Assembly (NCBI GenBank): GCA_951406725.2
Contig: OX597817.1
Coordinates: forward strand, 19,840,001-19,904,000
DNA length: 64,000 bases
Reading direction: 5' to 3'
From: Octopus vulgaris
Lineage: Eukaryota
Shown here: positions 40,702-52,924 of the stretch, one piece after another
Layout of the letters: each line of letters opens with the position of its first letter
Position numbering within the stretch: the first letter of the stretch is position 1
Translations under genes and position numbers: made by a program
Notes under the pieces: model-generated
Databases searched by the model: none
What the model was told of the DNA's origin: nothing
The model's input: the letters and a program-made list of their open reading frames with translations, nothing else

Positions 40702-40881
40702 TTTTTTCCCCTTTCTAATTTTCAAAAAAACTTCTTAAAACATAAATATTCTTGACAAGTCATACATTGACGAAAACCGGTTGAATAAATATATATATTT
40801 ATATATTTTATCATTTTCTCATTTTATTAAAATTTTATTTCATTTGAGCATTCTGCATTTTTAAAAAAATTTTTCCTTACT
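40702..40881 (+). repeat. right pseudo-LTR segment
   Basis: Inverted counterpart of 36124-36303. Confidence 0.95.
40747..40787 (+). ncRNA. minimal hammerhead ribozyme, U3-A8 variant (mirror copy on - in the left pseudo-LTR)
   Basis: TATTC-TTGACAA-GTCAtacatTGAC-GAAA-ACCGGT-T-GAATA. Confidence 0.7.
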
Positions 40882-40912
40882 ATATATATATATATATATA
40901 TATATACGTATA

Positions 40913-41130
40913 TACCGGAGTAAACACATAAATGTGAAACAAGGTGTAAAAAAGAGTACTCAAATACCAGTGGTAAAGGACCAATCAAACAAGTCCATTT
41001 TTAAAGGTGTAGCGTTTATACTACTCTGGATAGAATTGACATATCGGTTCTATTCTAGCAAAAACTGTCCGACGAACGGCAACGTGAAACTCAGAGTAAC
41101 AGGTTTTGTTGAATTTTCTGCTGCTTTAAA
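40913..41130 (+). mobile_element. severely truncated PLE-type insertion with hammerhead at 41065-41102
   Basis: Same family as 33092-33310: CTGT-CCGACGA-ACGgcaaCGT-GAAA-CTCaGAG-TA-ACAG. Confidence 0.75.
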
Positions 41131-41627
41131 GTATATATGTATGAGTGGACAAACGAGAGAAGGGCACTTAACACATTTATTGGTGATTACATGTATGGAT
41201 CAAAACAATTTGATTCGAATTCATTGGTACTCTGAGTTTCAAGCGTCATGCGTATGCTCAGTCATTTTGATTATGAATGGCGGAAGTTGATTGTTATGAT
41301 TGGTCGGGGAGGGTCATGCTGTGTCGTAGTTTGATGGAATATCAGCGACAAAAATTCCTTGGAAAATATTTCATGGTGAACATGGTATAAGTGGACGGCT
41401 TGTCTGTGCGCGCCCATGCACACATGCACACGCTCGCATAAATACAGACACGAACGCAAAAATATATGTGTAGGTTCAAGCATTCATATATACAAGTATA
41501 TAGTTCCAGATACCTCCGATTCGTACTTCACCTCCAACCAGGTGACAGATTTCCTGTTAAACACGCGGTCGATCTCCTGTTCACAATATATATGTACACA
41601 TATATGTATGTATATATACAAAATTTA

Positions 41628-42730
41628 GAGGAGTGAAGGAAATCAGCAAAAAAGAAAAGAAAAAATTATCAACTGGAAGGACCCGTGTCCAGATGGAGTT
41701 CAAAGCAACTGGATCAAAGGATTTGGTGAATGTCATGCATGAATAGCTGTGCAGCTCAACACCTTGTTAAATGCCGACCAAATAACACTACAGTGGTTGA
41801 CATTTGTTAGAACAGTGCTGTGCCTGAAAAACATCGAAAAAGGCAATACGTTACACAATTACAGGCCGATATCCTTTTTGACACTTTTGTGGAATTTATT
41901 GACTGGAATACTCGCAGATTCAATGTACGAACATCTGGGAAAAATGGAGTGCTGCTACATGATCAGAAGGGTTGCAAACGTAAACGCAGACATACGAAGT
42001 ATCAACTCTTGATAGACAAAACTGTACTTAGAGACAGCAAGAGGAGGAAAATTATCTTAGTCATGTCTTGCATCGACTATCATAAGGCTTACGATATTAT
42101 CCCATATTCTTGGATCATGGAGTGTATGAACCTATTTGGTATTGCATCAAATGTTGATCGATTACTTGGAAAAAGTATGGCAATTTGGAGGATGGACCTG
42201 ACAGAATACGGAAGAAGTATAGGGAAAGTAGAAATTAGGAGGGGGCATCTTCCAAGGGGACAGATCTTTGTACTGTTCTTGAAACCACTAACACTGATTC
42301 TGAGGACAGGAAAAGCTGGGTGTGTATTCAAAAGCCGCTAGCAAAATGTCAAGCATTTGTTATTCATGTATGACCTCAAACTTTATGGTAAAGATGAAGC
42401 CCAAGTCAGTTACCTCGGTGATAAGCCGTATACCTTCAATGCTGATATCAGAATGGACTTCGGACTGAGAAAGTGTGGTGTATTAGCTTTGAAGAGATGC
42501 AAAATCAAATGTATGGACGGGTGAACAATAGTGTCGGGGGAGGTTATGAAGCTGCAATAAGGGTGGAGCACTTGCTGAAAACAGCACTGCCTGGAACTGC
42601 TCGATTACTCCGGAAGGTGCTCGTAAAATAAGAGGTGATACCTTAGTTCACTGGTTGTGAACAGCTGACACTGAAGTACATCCCCAACATTACAAGCTGT
42701 GCAAAATCAACAATAATAATATTGATAATA
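41628..42730 (+). pseudogene. R4/Dong-clade non-LTR retrotransposon RT remnant, internally deleted
   Basis: Motifs PDGVQ, NYRPIS, QKGCKR...YQLLID, IDYHKAYD, HLLFMYDLKLYGK, C-terminal KTALPGTARLLRKVL; (AAT)-rich 3' end. Confidence 0.85.
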
Positions 42731-44435
42731 ATGACAATTTTCATTTTCGCTCAAGGCCACCTAATTTGAGTGCAGGATAAGTCGAAACTATTGATTCCAT
42801 TATATATTTTTATCGATTTTTGATATAAAATTAATAATTTGCATATGTTTCAATGTAATTAAAAAATGAAGCTAAAATTCGTGGATATAACTCGGCCGTG
42901 TGATGCAAGTCTATATTTAATTAAATTTCAACTCATGTATTCAACTTATTTATTTCACGCTGTAAAATGAGAGAAATATTACCACTTTTGTAAAATCAGG
43001 AGTCGTTCTGTATACAATAATTTATACCATATGACATAAATTGAAACTTATAGGATGAACTATATTAGATAGAATAAATCACGTGTTTCTCATTATTATA
43101 CACCCATTTTGCGATTGTGCAATATAGTTAAAGTTTGAATGTATATTTCACCAATATTTGCATTTATAATAATTTCATTCCTTGTTTTATTAGCTCACAG
43201 ATGTTTCATTATGAACGTTGTTATACGTTCCCAGAACAATATGCTCCAATGCAATTTAAATGAAGGTCAAAGTTTATTTAATTAAATAGACATCAATCAG
43301 CGACCTTAATTTAATTTCAGAAAATTTGTAAGAAGTACAAATTAAATCCTCTTGAGTTTTGATTAGAAATCAATATATGTTTATTCCAGCACTGGAGGAC
43401 ATGACATTTTAGCTTTTACAATCTGTTCACTAGATTTACAATGTTATTTTCAACAACTTCTCTCTATAAATCTTCAACTCAAAACCAATAAACTGATGTT
43501 TTTTTATTTTAAATTTTACAATGTCAAGTTTCCATTAATATAAATCGTTATTAGATTATAAGTGTAAATCATGGGAAATAAGAATATAAACTTGAAATCA
43601 AACAGGTACGATTGAGTTTTTTTCCGATTGAAAAATAAAACAAAGGAAAGTAGGATTTCAGGCAAAATCCTATCACTTCTGCCAATAGTCACTTCACATG
43701 AAACAAATCAAATCGTCGCAGACGTATTAATCTGAAGGCATTACAAATATGATTACATTTTAATAGTTATACATTTGCACTCCGTACATAATGAAATTCA
43801 CAGAGAAAAGACTTGAACTATGAGAAAACACAGAACAATATTCGTACATTTGCACTCAATCTTAAATGATTTTCATTTAAAGTTAGAATAGTTAGAATAA
43901 TAGTTAGAATTATTTCCAGATGTGCTTCGGCAGTTGAATTCTGGCGATCAATTAATTCGCGTGAATTATGTACTATGAGTTAGGTAAATGTAGTCATATT
44001 TGCGCATATTTATAATGGATCACTAGTTTGTGATACATTTTGGTCCATTAGAGCCCAATCCGGGTATGTGTAGATGTTTTTTGTTTAACAAAGTGGAAAA
44101 TAGAACTTTGGATTAGACTTTATATTCCTCAATACTCGGTGTTCCTTTATCGAATTTTCATTTCTATAAGATATATTTTTTAAGCTAGTCCAATGCGTTT
44201 TATTTTCTTATTTTATTTTTTTGGCAAACTCATCTGTTGAGAAGGCTACTTTTTGGTTTTAGCTACTTTGTTAATTTAGTTCAGTCACGCATTAGATTAT
44301 CAATATGCGGAAACTAATTTGTATTGACGATCTCAGTTTCAATTTCCATCCATTTGGCCGTTCCCAAAAACAAGTACAAGTGGAGTGAATCATTGGGTGT
44401 ATTGCCCAATTTGAATCACATATAGATAATTGTAT

Positions 44436-44485
<50 letters not shown>

Positions 44486-45546
44486 CGTGTGCGTGTGCTT
44501 GTATACATATATGCATGCACACACATACATACCTACATGCAAGCAAACATAAAAAATATTTTCTTTCTAAGTCACTCAAATTGTTTAGTCGATAAATATC
44601 TAAAGGCATTTAACTCTATGCCCATGAGTAAAAAAAAATCAATATTTTTTCTTGCATTTAGAAACGTTGACATATATTTTATTGTTTAGTTGTCACATAC
44701 TCACAGGAAGCAGCGACCATCGCATATGAATTATATATATATTTTTTATAATATATTGCTTTAAGACTATTTATCAGTAGAGTAAGTATATATAATTTGT
44801 ACAAGCCAGGCGTTTTATTTTTCAGCGTTAGTGCATGTATTTATAACTGGGCACGTGTGTGAATGAATGATATGGTCATATACTTGTAACACTTTCCCTC
44901 GATGTTATTTAAAAAGAAAAGTGCTTTCCGTTTATATTTCAAGCAAGTGATTGTCTATCATGTGTTTTATGATTTTGAAGTTAGCTGCGTTGGTAAAGTA
45001 GCCGCTAAAAAGAAGTAAAGTTTTACGTTCTCAATGAAACGTGTTTATAGGAGACTAGGGCCGGATTGAGAGCTTTGAACCTGTGAAGCCCAGATTGATA
45101 GGCTATCTGGTATTTTTTATAAGGTGGCAAACAACTGATCTAAAATAACATTGAAAGAAGTCACATATGAATTTATTTCTTGCAGAAAGGATTACTTTTC
45201 CCGAAGTTGGTGCTACATTTGCATCATGTTTGCTTCATTTCTTTGGTCTGAGTGTCATGCTTCATCGTCTGTTTCCACACTTGTTCCAACTCTTCATACG
45301 TAACCTGATGTGATGAAATTTCCGAAATTTCTCAAAGGAATCACTTACATCCACCACATTATTCAAATCAACTTCAACTCCTTGAAGAGTTTTATTGTTA
45401 TTGTTAAACTGTGGAAAACTTAAATTGCAGATATTAGCCATTAAATATGTTTCAAGTCCATTTTGCTTACCAATGTCGGAGCTTCATATCTTCCTTCAGG
45501 TGTTTACTCTAAATCATCTTTTGCATCGCTGACTACATTTTGAATG

Positions 45547-46105
45547 TACAGCATGTCTGAAATGTCACTGATGGGTTTCAATTTTCAATAATTTTCTTAA
45601 CTTTACAAATAAATGCATTAACATTTGATAGACTATAAACGGCATAATGGAAATTAATATGCACAAGTCTAATTTTGCAATACCATTTACATCGCATATG
45701 AAAAATGACATCGCTTAAATGGCAGCCATTTTCGGCTTCAAACACCGTGCTCTTTCCAAAACTTACACCTTAACACCCTTAAGAGTTTTAGAACCCACTT
45801 CTCTGATGTCTTTATTGATGTACTCCTTGATGTACTCAGTTGCACCAGGGTTTCCGGTTTGTTGACTAAACTCTCTCTTTCAGGTATCCCCACAAGAAGA
45901 AATCCAGGTTTGTCAAATCTGGGGAACGTGAAGGCCATTTGACATTGCCGTAGTGAGAGATTATTCACTCTCCAATGCACTGCCATAGCAACTGCATTGT
46001 TTCTCTTACGGTATGAGCGGTCGATCCATCTTGCTGGAACCATGTGTGAGGTGTACTTTGAATGGCCTTCACATTCCCCAGACTTGACTAACCCGGATTT
46101 GTTCA
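45547..46105 (-). mobile_element. DD41D (rosa/Visitor-type) Tc1/mariner 3' remnant
   Basis: WFQQD-(41 positions, one a stop)-D ending WPSRSPDLTNLDFFLWGYLKERV. TIR-like tacagcatgtc at 45547. A short inverted copy (EWPSHSPDLTNPD) lies on + at 46060-46105. Confidence 0.85.
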
Positions 46106-46501
46106 AACTAGCATTCAACAACGATAGTTGAAAATTAGTTGTCATAGAGATATTGAAGAATCAAGTTGAGGAGTAGCATCGGTAACAATGACAAGTACTA
46201 AATCACTGTCATCAGTGAAAGTTTTTAAAATTTTTTATTGCGAGCGTAACGCGAAAAAAAAAAACAATAACAAGAAATTGGTACACTGACAACGAGAGAA
46301 AATATGCAAAAAGACTAGAAAGAAGAGATAAGTGTTAATATAAAAGAAACATTTGAAAAAGCCATATATCTAAAGTTAAAAGATAATAAATAGTTTTTAT
46401 CTGTGGAGTAATGTTACGCGAAAGAGATTTTATAATTAAAACAATAAATTCAAAATTAAAATTTTGGAAGCCAAACAGTCTTACACATTTTCGTAAATAC
46501 T

Positions 46502-46889
46502 AGAAGGAAGCACTCCGTCGGTCACGACGACGAGGGTTCCGGTTGATCCGAATCAACGAAACAGCCTGCTCGTGAAATTAACGTGTAACTGGCTGAGCAC
46601 TCTACAGACACGTGTACCCTTAACGTAGTTCTCGGGGATATTCAGCGTGACACAGACAGTGACAAGGCCGGCCCTTTGAAATACAGGTACAACAGAAACA
46701 GGAAGTAAGACTGACAGAAAGTTGTGGTGAAAGAGTATAGCAAGGATCACCCTCCCCCATGCCGGAGCATCATGGAGGTTTTAGGTGTTTTCGCTCAATA
46801 AACACTCACAACGCCCGGTCTGGGAATCGAAACCGAGAATCTAAGACCGCGAGTCCGCTGCCCTAACCACTGGGCCATTGCGCCTCCAC
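46502..46889 (-). mobile_element. SINE family C (tRNA-derived), full length with 12-bp TSD
   Basis: Minus-strand head ggaggcgcaatggcccagtggttagggcagcggactcgcgg...ggtttcgattccc. TSD tcgtaaatacta at 46491-46502 and 46890-46901. Confidence 0.9.
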
Positions 46890-47217
46890 TCGTAAATACT
46901 ATCAGCGTAGCAAATGACTACCAAATGAACAGAATAATAAATTTAGGGAGTGGCAGTATATGCCAATTCGTGTTTATTTCTGTATGTGTACGTGTGCAAG
47001 TTTGTACGTGTACGGGTGTGTGTATAAATCTATATACGCATTTATAGATGGATACATAAAAATAATGAATATCTTTCAGAAAATTTTCGCTTTCCGTATT
47101 TTTGTTGTTGTTTTTGCTACTTTTATTCCCAAAGAGTTTAACGCTGCTTTGAGACAATTGAGTAGCAGTTCTTTTATGGTTCAATGTCCAGTGCAGTTGT
47201 TCCCGATATATGAGGTG

Positions 47218-47752
47218 CAGGGTGGTTGACTATTCTGACTCCACCCTTACAAATCCAGCTATGTGTATGTGTGTATGGATGTATGCTTTCAGCATTTCTA
47301 AGCATAGCATATGCATATACATACACAGACATGACAGAAATAAATAGACAACACCTAAAACATCGCCTCATATTTATTCTAACTTGTAAATTTATTATTT
47401 TTTTAATTAATTGACATTTTTATGTTTCAGGTTCAATATGAGACTGATCAATCATGCCATGTACAAAGCAAGCTTGGAACCGTCTGAATTTCAAAGCGGG
47501 TGTATTGTAGGTCATTCTGAAAGTGGACATAATCAACGTAAAATCGCAGAAAAACTTGGGATTCCGCTTTCTACAGTTCATAGAGTGATTTACCACATCC
47601 CCTCGCCCACATCAACCTGTCAAGACCTTTCTATTTGATGTAAAAAAGTGTGGGGGGCTAATCCTCGTTTCAAGGCCTCTGACAGCAAAACGAGTTGATG
47701 TCAGTTGCAGAACAGGTGTCAGGTATCTCCACAAACTTGGTTACTATGGTGA
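47218..47752 (+). mobile_element. Tc1-like transposon 5' remnant (HTH domains)
   Basis: [38 protein letters not shown] and VDVSCRTGVRYLHKLGYYG. Confidence 0.7.
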
Positions 47753-47830
47753 TTTTGTACTTGTGTCTGTGTGTTAGCTTGTTTGCGTGTATTGAAATTG
47801 TGCACAGGGTAGTTTTATTGGCAATCATTA

Positions 47831-48048
47831 CTCTTTACTCTCTTTTACTTGTTTTAGTCATTTGACTGCGGCCATGCTGGAGCATCGCCATTAATCGAGC
47901 AACTCGACCCCTGGACTTATCCTTTTGTAAGCCCAGTACTTATTCTATCGGTCTCTTTTGCCGAACCGCTAAGTGACGGGGACATAAACACACCAGCATC
48001 GGATGTCAAGCAATGCTAGGGGGTCAAACACACTCAAACACACACACG

Positions 48049-48128
<80 letters not shown>

Positions 48129-48484
48129 GGGGTAAAGACCCCCTTCGATCATGAATGACCATGGGATTGCACCTAGAAAGTTACCCTCCTAGACACAAGT
48201 CCGTGCAAGGTTGTTTATGGAAGACCAGCAGTCGCCCATGCATACCAGCCTCCCCTCTCCACGCCACCAGTGTTATCCAAGGGAAAGACAGAGGTCGATA
48301 CAGCTTGGCACCTATGACGTCGCAACTCATTTCTACAGCTGAGTGAACTGGAGCAACGTGAAATAAAGTGCCTTGCTCGAGAACACAACACGCAGCCCGT
48401 GTACATATACACATATAAATATTTACATATACATATATATATATATACATATATATACATATACATATATATATACATATACGT

Positions 48485-48547
<63 letters not shown>

Positions 48548-48737
48548 CATATATATATATATATACATATATACGACGGGCCTCTTTCAGTTTCCGTCTA
48601 CCAAATCCGCTCACAAGGCTTTGGTCGGCCCGAGGCTATAGTAGAAGACACTTGCCCAAAGTGCCACGCAGTGGGACTGAACCCGGAACCATGGGGTTGA
48701 TAAACAAGCTACCTACTGCACAGTCACTCCTGCGCCT
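47831..48737 (-). mobile_element. SINE family A split by a nested SINE in its internal (TA)n
   Basis: Tail half at 47831-48047 and head half at 48573-48737. Confidence 0.9.
48126..48400 (-). mobile_element. SINE family D, 5'-truncated, nested
   Basis: gcaactcatttctacagctgagtgaactggagcaacgtgaaataaagtg is the reverse complement of sequence in 57975-58175. Confidence 0.75.
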
Positions 48738-49131
48738 TTAAATAGTATATCTCTTAATTTAATTGAAAGCAAATATAATTGTAAAAGAGAAAGGAAAATT
48801 TATAGATACGACAACGCGTATACACACACACATACACATATACACACACATACATACAAATTTATCTTAATTTAGACGGATCCGCAAAGTATTACACGCG
48901 CGTCATTCTCAAATATTGATAATAAATAGGTGTTGGTAAATTCGAACCGCTATATAGTCATAACGACGATTTCTTCTTGAAACAAGCAACGTTCACATCA
49001 ACACGCATGAAACTACAAAATATACAAAATCTCCCTTAACCACCGAAATCAAATACAAAAACACACTTTACAATATTACGTACAGATTCAAGGAGAAAAT
49101 ATCACTTCACCACAGACTTAGCACGTTCACA

Positions 49132-49203
<72 letters not shown>

Positions 49204-50187
49204 GACACACACATTAACACACAGGAGCACGTCTACATATAACGATATACAGGACAATACACAAGCACCCATTTTGGTAATTGTCTACTCCAACTTTATT
49301 GAAGACTAAAAATGCCTTCTAGCGCTTTACCAAAAATTGACAGCGGTTCAGTTCTTTAAGTTTGATTACAAACTACTTAAATACATCCGTACCACTCGAA
49401 ATTTTAATTGAGTCAATAACGAATGCTTCTCCTTCAGACGAGGCACAAACAATACCAATATAAATGGACTTGGCGTGTATTTTCTCTATACTTACTGAGT
49501 ATATAATCCCACCGCAAAACACTCCATTTCTTTGACACACAGACAACTATTTTCCATTACCTTCTTTCTGTTTCTCTATATGTTCCCGTATATACGCACA
49601 TATTATTAAATGTTCGCATGGGCACGCATATCATGTATACGAATGTGTGAAGGTATGTGTATGAACGTGTTATATGGTATATTTTAGTACTGAACATTAT
49701 GTGAAAAGTAGAATGTTGAAGAATGCATATACTAACGGCTGACTAGTTAAATATTAGATTCTCTGAAATGTATTGATTCTCTATAAACATTGAAATGTAA
49801 TATTTGACTGCTGTTCCATATTTATATCTGAACTTTTAAACATCATTGGCAATTAAATCACCGATGAATATTTGATACTAACAATGATCGCTGTACAGAG
49901 TAGTCACTAGACTTTTGCATGATGAAATTTCTACTAGGAATTTATGCTTACCGTCATAACTAAGGTATTTGTTACAATCTATATTTATGCATATTCACCT
50001 GAGTTTACTTATGTGCATGCTGGTCCTAAAAACTACGACAATACATTTATTTCCAGCAATTACTTTCATGTGTGAGTACTAAATTTCGGAAGTCGTTCCC
50101 AACACTTTACTCGTATGTATGAAATGCGCATGTTTTTATGAAAATATTCTATTTTGGTTACGCATACATATCTGAGTGGGTAAGGGA

Positions 50188-50249
<62 letters not shown>

Positions 50250-50256
50250 TATATAG

Positions 50257-50447
50257 TTGGAATTTACAAAAATAACAAACAAAACAAACGACGAATACGG
50301 GTATGCAAACACAAACATACGTATTAGTTTAACGCTCGTGAAGTGAGAAATTCTTTTACGTTTCGAGCCTACGTTCTTCAACAGAAAGGAACACAGAAAT
50401 AAACAGAGACAGAAAATAAAAGAAAAAGGTTTAGTGGCTAGCGATAT

Positions 50448-50449
<2 letters not shown>
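50257..50449 (-). mobile_element. PLE-like tail-only insertion with variant hammerhead (50353-50388)
   Basis: Minus strand: CTTT-CTGTTGAA-GAACgtagGCTC-GAAACGTA-AAAG; flanked by (TA)n. Confidence 0.6.
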
Positions 50450-50489
<40 letters not shown>

Positions 50490-50491
<2 letters not shown>

Positions 50492-52286
50492 TTTGATACT
50501 TTGATACTTTGATAGGTTTCGGCCATTATTGGCCCAGGCCATGTCTAACTTAATAGCACCACCTGGTGAAGTCTTTCAAGTCAGAATTTGGGCACTATGG
50601 CCCACTCAAGTAGAGAGTTATTGTTTACAGAGACATATCCGGGTGTAGGGGGTTTATCCGGGATTTCTTGAAGGAATCTGTCCAAAGACTTCTTGAACCC
50701 TATAGGGTCAGTTTCTGTTTTAATGTGTTTTGGTGTAATGTTAAAGAGAGCGGGGCCAATTGAGGTGAAATAATTGTGCCGTATTGTTGTTATGAGATGA
50801 GAGTGCGATTTTTGTTTTGGGCGGATGGCACGGGGCCCAAGCCTTGGATGTACCTTAAAGGTGATGCCAACATCATTTGGGCAATGCTGATGGAATATTT
50901 TCCACATCATGCAGATGATGTAGCGCTCACGACGACGTTGGAGAGAATAGAGTTTTAGCTTTTCTAGTCGACCCCAATAGTCGAGGCCTGTCATGCCATC
51001 TATCTTTTTTGTGATTGCCCTTTGAGGTGCTTCGACTTTTATGATACCTTGTATTGTGTGGGGAGACCACAGTGGACAACAGTATTCAAGGTGGGGTCGG
51101 GCAAAAGTGGAGAAGAGAAGGATAATGGTGTGGATATCTCTCGACTGGAAAGTTCTGAGAATACAGGAACACATTCTGCGGGCCATGTCAACTTTGGTGT
51201 TTATATGAGTGGCCCAGCTTACGTTGTTGTCCACAATTACTCCCAAGTCTCTGATGTTGTTGGACGCCGCGAGAGTTTCACCTGAAGGAAGGGAGTATGG
51301 GAGTTTCAGGGCATCCTCTTTTCCAAAGTGGATTAGCTCAAATTTATCCTCGTTCAGCAGCATATTGTTTTTTTCTGCCCATTGGATAACAGCCAGTAGA
51401 TCTGACTGAAGGCATGTCCGGTCACTCGCCTCATTTATGACCTTCTGTAGCTTGGAGTCATCTGCAAAGATTTTTATGTTGCTGTGCTTGATGATGTCAT
51501 TAATGTCATTAATGTAAATGATGAAAAGAAGTGGGCCCAGCACAGTGCCTTGCGGAACGCCACTACTGACTTTGGCTGGGCTTGATTTTACCCCTTCAAC
51601 TACAACATGTTGAGATCTGTCTGTCAGGAAACACTTAATCCATTTCAGTAACTTTCCAGAGACACCAATGTTGGATAGTTTTTTCAATAGGATCTTGTGA
51701 TCGACCCTGTCGAAGGCCTTACTGAAATCAAGGTAGATGACATCGGTGTTGGAGCCCTCTCCCAAAGCTCTCAAAATGTCCTCAAAGTGATGCAGGAGCT
51801 GCGTTAGGCAGTCCCTTCCATTACGGAACCCATGTTGGTTGGAGATCAGCCGTCTGTTGCTTTCCAGAAATTGGGTTATTTGAGATCTCACCACCCTCTC
51901 AAATACCTTGATGATATGAGAGGTGAGTGAGATCGGACGGTAATTCACTGCAAGGGACTTGTTTCCCTTTTTGAAAACTGGGACAACAGACTGGGACAGA
52001 AGGTTTTTTGGAATATAGCCAGCATCCAGTGAGTTTCTCCACAGATTAGCAAGGGGAGATGCAAGTTGGTGTCGACACACCTTCAGGACACAAGCAGGGA
52101 ACCTATCGGGGCCTACTGCTGAATTGTGTTTTATTTCGTTTATCGCCGCTAAGACATCAGGGGCACTAAACGTTATGTCCGATATAGTGTGTTGGGGGTT
52201 GACATCACTGATACAGCCCAGATCGGCCATATCAGGATTGCTGAAAACAGAGCAGTATTGTTTCTGCAGTATCTCGGCCATGGATT
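50490..52286 (-). mobile_element. young 5'-truncated CR1-group LINE
   Basis: Intact RT ORF, a ~70-nt 3' UTR with GGCC-containing hairpin potential, and a (TATCAAAG)x3 tandem tail. Inserted within (TA)n. Confidence 0.9.
50581..52281 (-). CDS. non-LTR reverse transcriptase (no endonuclease domain), 566 aa uninterrupted
   Basis: Motifs NYRPISLTS, QHGFR, YLDFSKAFDRV, SGVPQGTVLGPLLF, FADDSKL, RDLGV, LEYCCPLWSP, LYSLQRRRER. Confidence 0.93.
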   Translation of the reverse strand: MAEILQKQYCSVFSNPDMADLGCISDVNPQHTISDITFSAPDVLAAINEIKHNSAVGPDRFPACVLKVCRHQLASPLANLWRNSLDAGYIPKNLLSQSVVPVFKKGNKSLAVNYRPISLTSHIIKVFERVVRSQITQFLESNRRLISNQHGFRNGRDCLTQLLHHFEDILRALGEGSNTDVIYLDFSKAFDRVDHKILLKKLSNIGVSGKLLKWIKCFLTDRSQHVVVEGVKSSPAKVSSGVPQGTVLGPLLFIIYINDINDIIKHSNIKIFADDSKLQKVINEASDRTCLQSDLLAVIQWAEKNNMLLNEDKFELIHFGKEDALKLPYSLPSGETLAASNNIRDLGVIVDNNVSWATHINTKVDMARRMCSCILRTFQSRDIHTIILLFSTFARPHLEYCCPLWSPHTIQGIIKVEAPQRAITKKIDGMTGLDYWGRLEKLKLYSLQRRRERYIICMMWKIFHQHCPNDVGITFKVHPRLGPRAIRPKQKSHSHLITTIRHNYFTSIGPALFNITPKHIKTETDPIGFKKSLDRFLQEIPDKPPTPGYVSVNNNSLLEWAIVPKF

Positions 52287-52924
52287 TATATATATATATA
52301 TATTTCTGCCAAACATCGCTGGGGTATGTCTAAATTGATAACACAGTCTGTTTAGTCATTCGTAGGTCAAGTTTTGTATACCATGGCACATTCAAGTAGG
52401 AAGTTGTTGCCCGAGATGTTTCACGGTAATCTTCCATACTTTTATTCCATTATTCTTCCATTCGTTACAGTCATTTGACTGCAGTCATGCTGGGAAATTC
52501 TTGTAATGTGTTTTAGTCGAACGTGCAACCATGTTGTTGGGAAGCAAGACTCTTACAACACAGAGAAACCTTCAATTGTACGTAGTTCAGCTGGTATAGC
52601 TTGAAGAAATTGGTCTAGGTGGCGTTTGAAGGCAATGAGTTCTTTTTCTCTTTCTCCCTTTAATTGTTTTGGAGATATTTTGAAGGCAAGTAATTGTCCT
52701 GCAGTGTGTTTATTGTAAGGTTACACTATTATAACCATACAACATAGGGTCCTAGGCCAGGATGGATTATTAATTTGATGTTTGCAAATCCAGATTAGCA
52801 TACCTTTTTATCTTTTACTTGTTTCAGTCATTAAACAGGGATCTTGAAGAATCTTAGTTGAATGAAGACAGCACATCACTTTATTGTTCTAAACCTGGTA
52901 CGTATAGGTGTGAGTGTGTATATA

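Larger units (their letters stand above)
36077..40881 (+). mobile_element. near full-length Penelope-like retroelement (EN+, CCHH-type GIY-YIG; Neptune/Naiad-like)
   Basis: ORF1 plus an RT/GIY-YIG ORF2, inverted 180-bp pseudo-LTRs carrying a hammerhead, (TA)n on both flanks, and a strongly A/C-rich sense strand. Confidence 0.92.

Noticed and set aside
46810-46889. tRNA-like sequence on the minus strand
   Set aside because: It is the head of a SINE with a body and a TSD; the acceptor stem is not intact.
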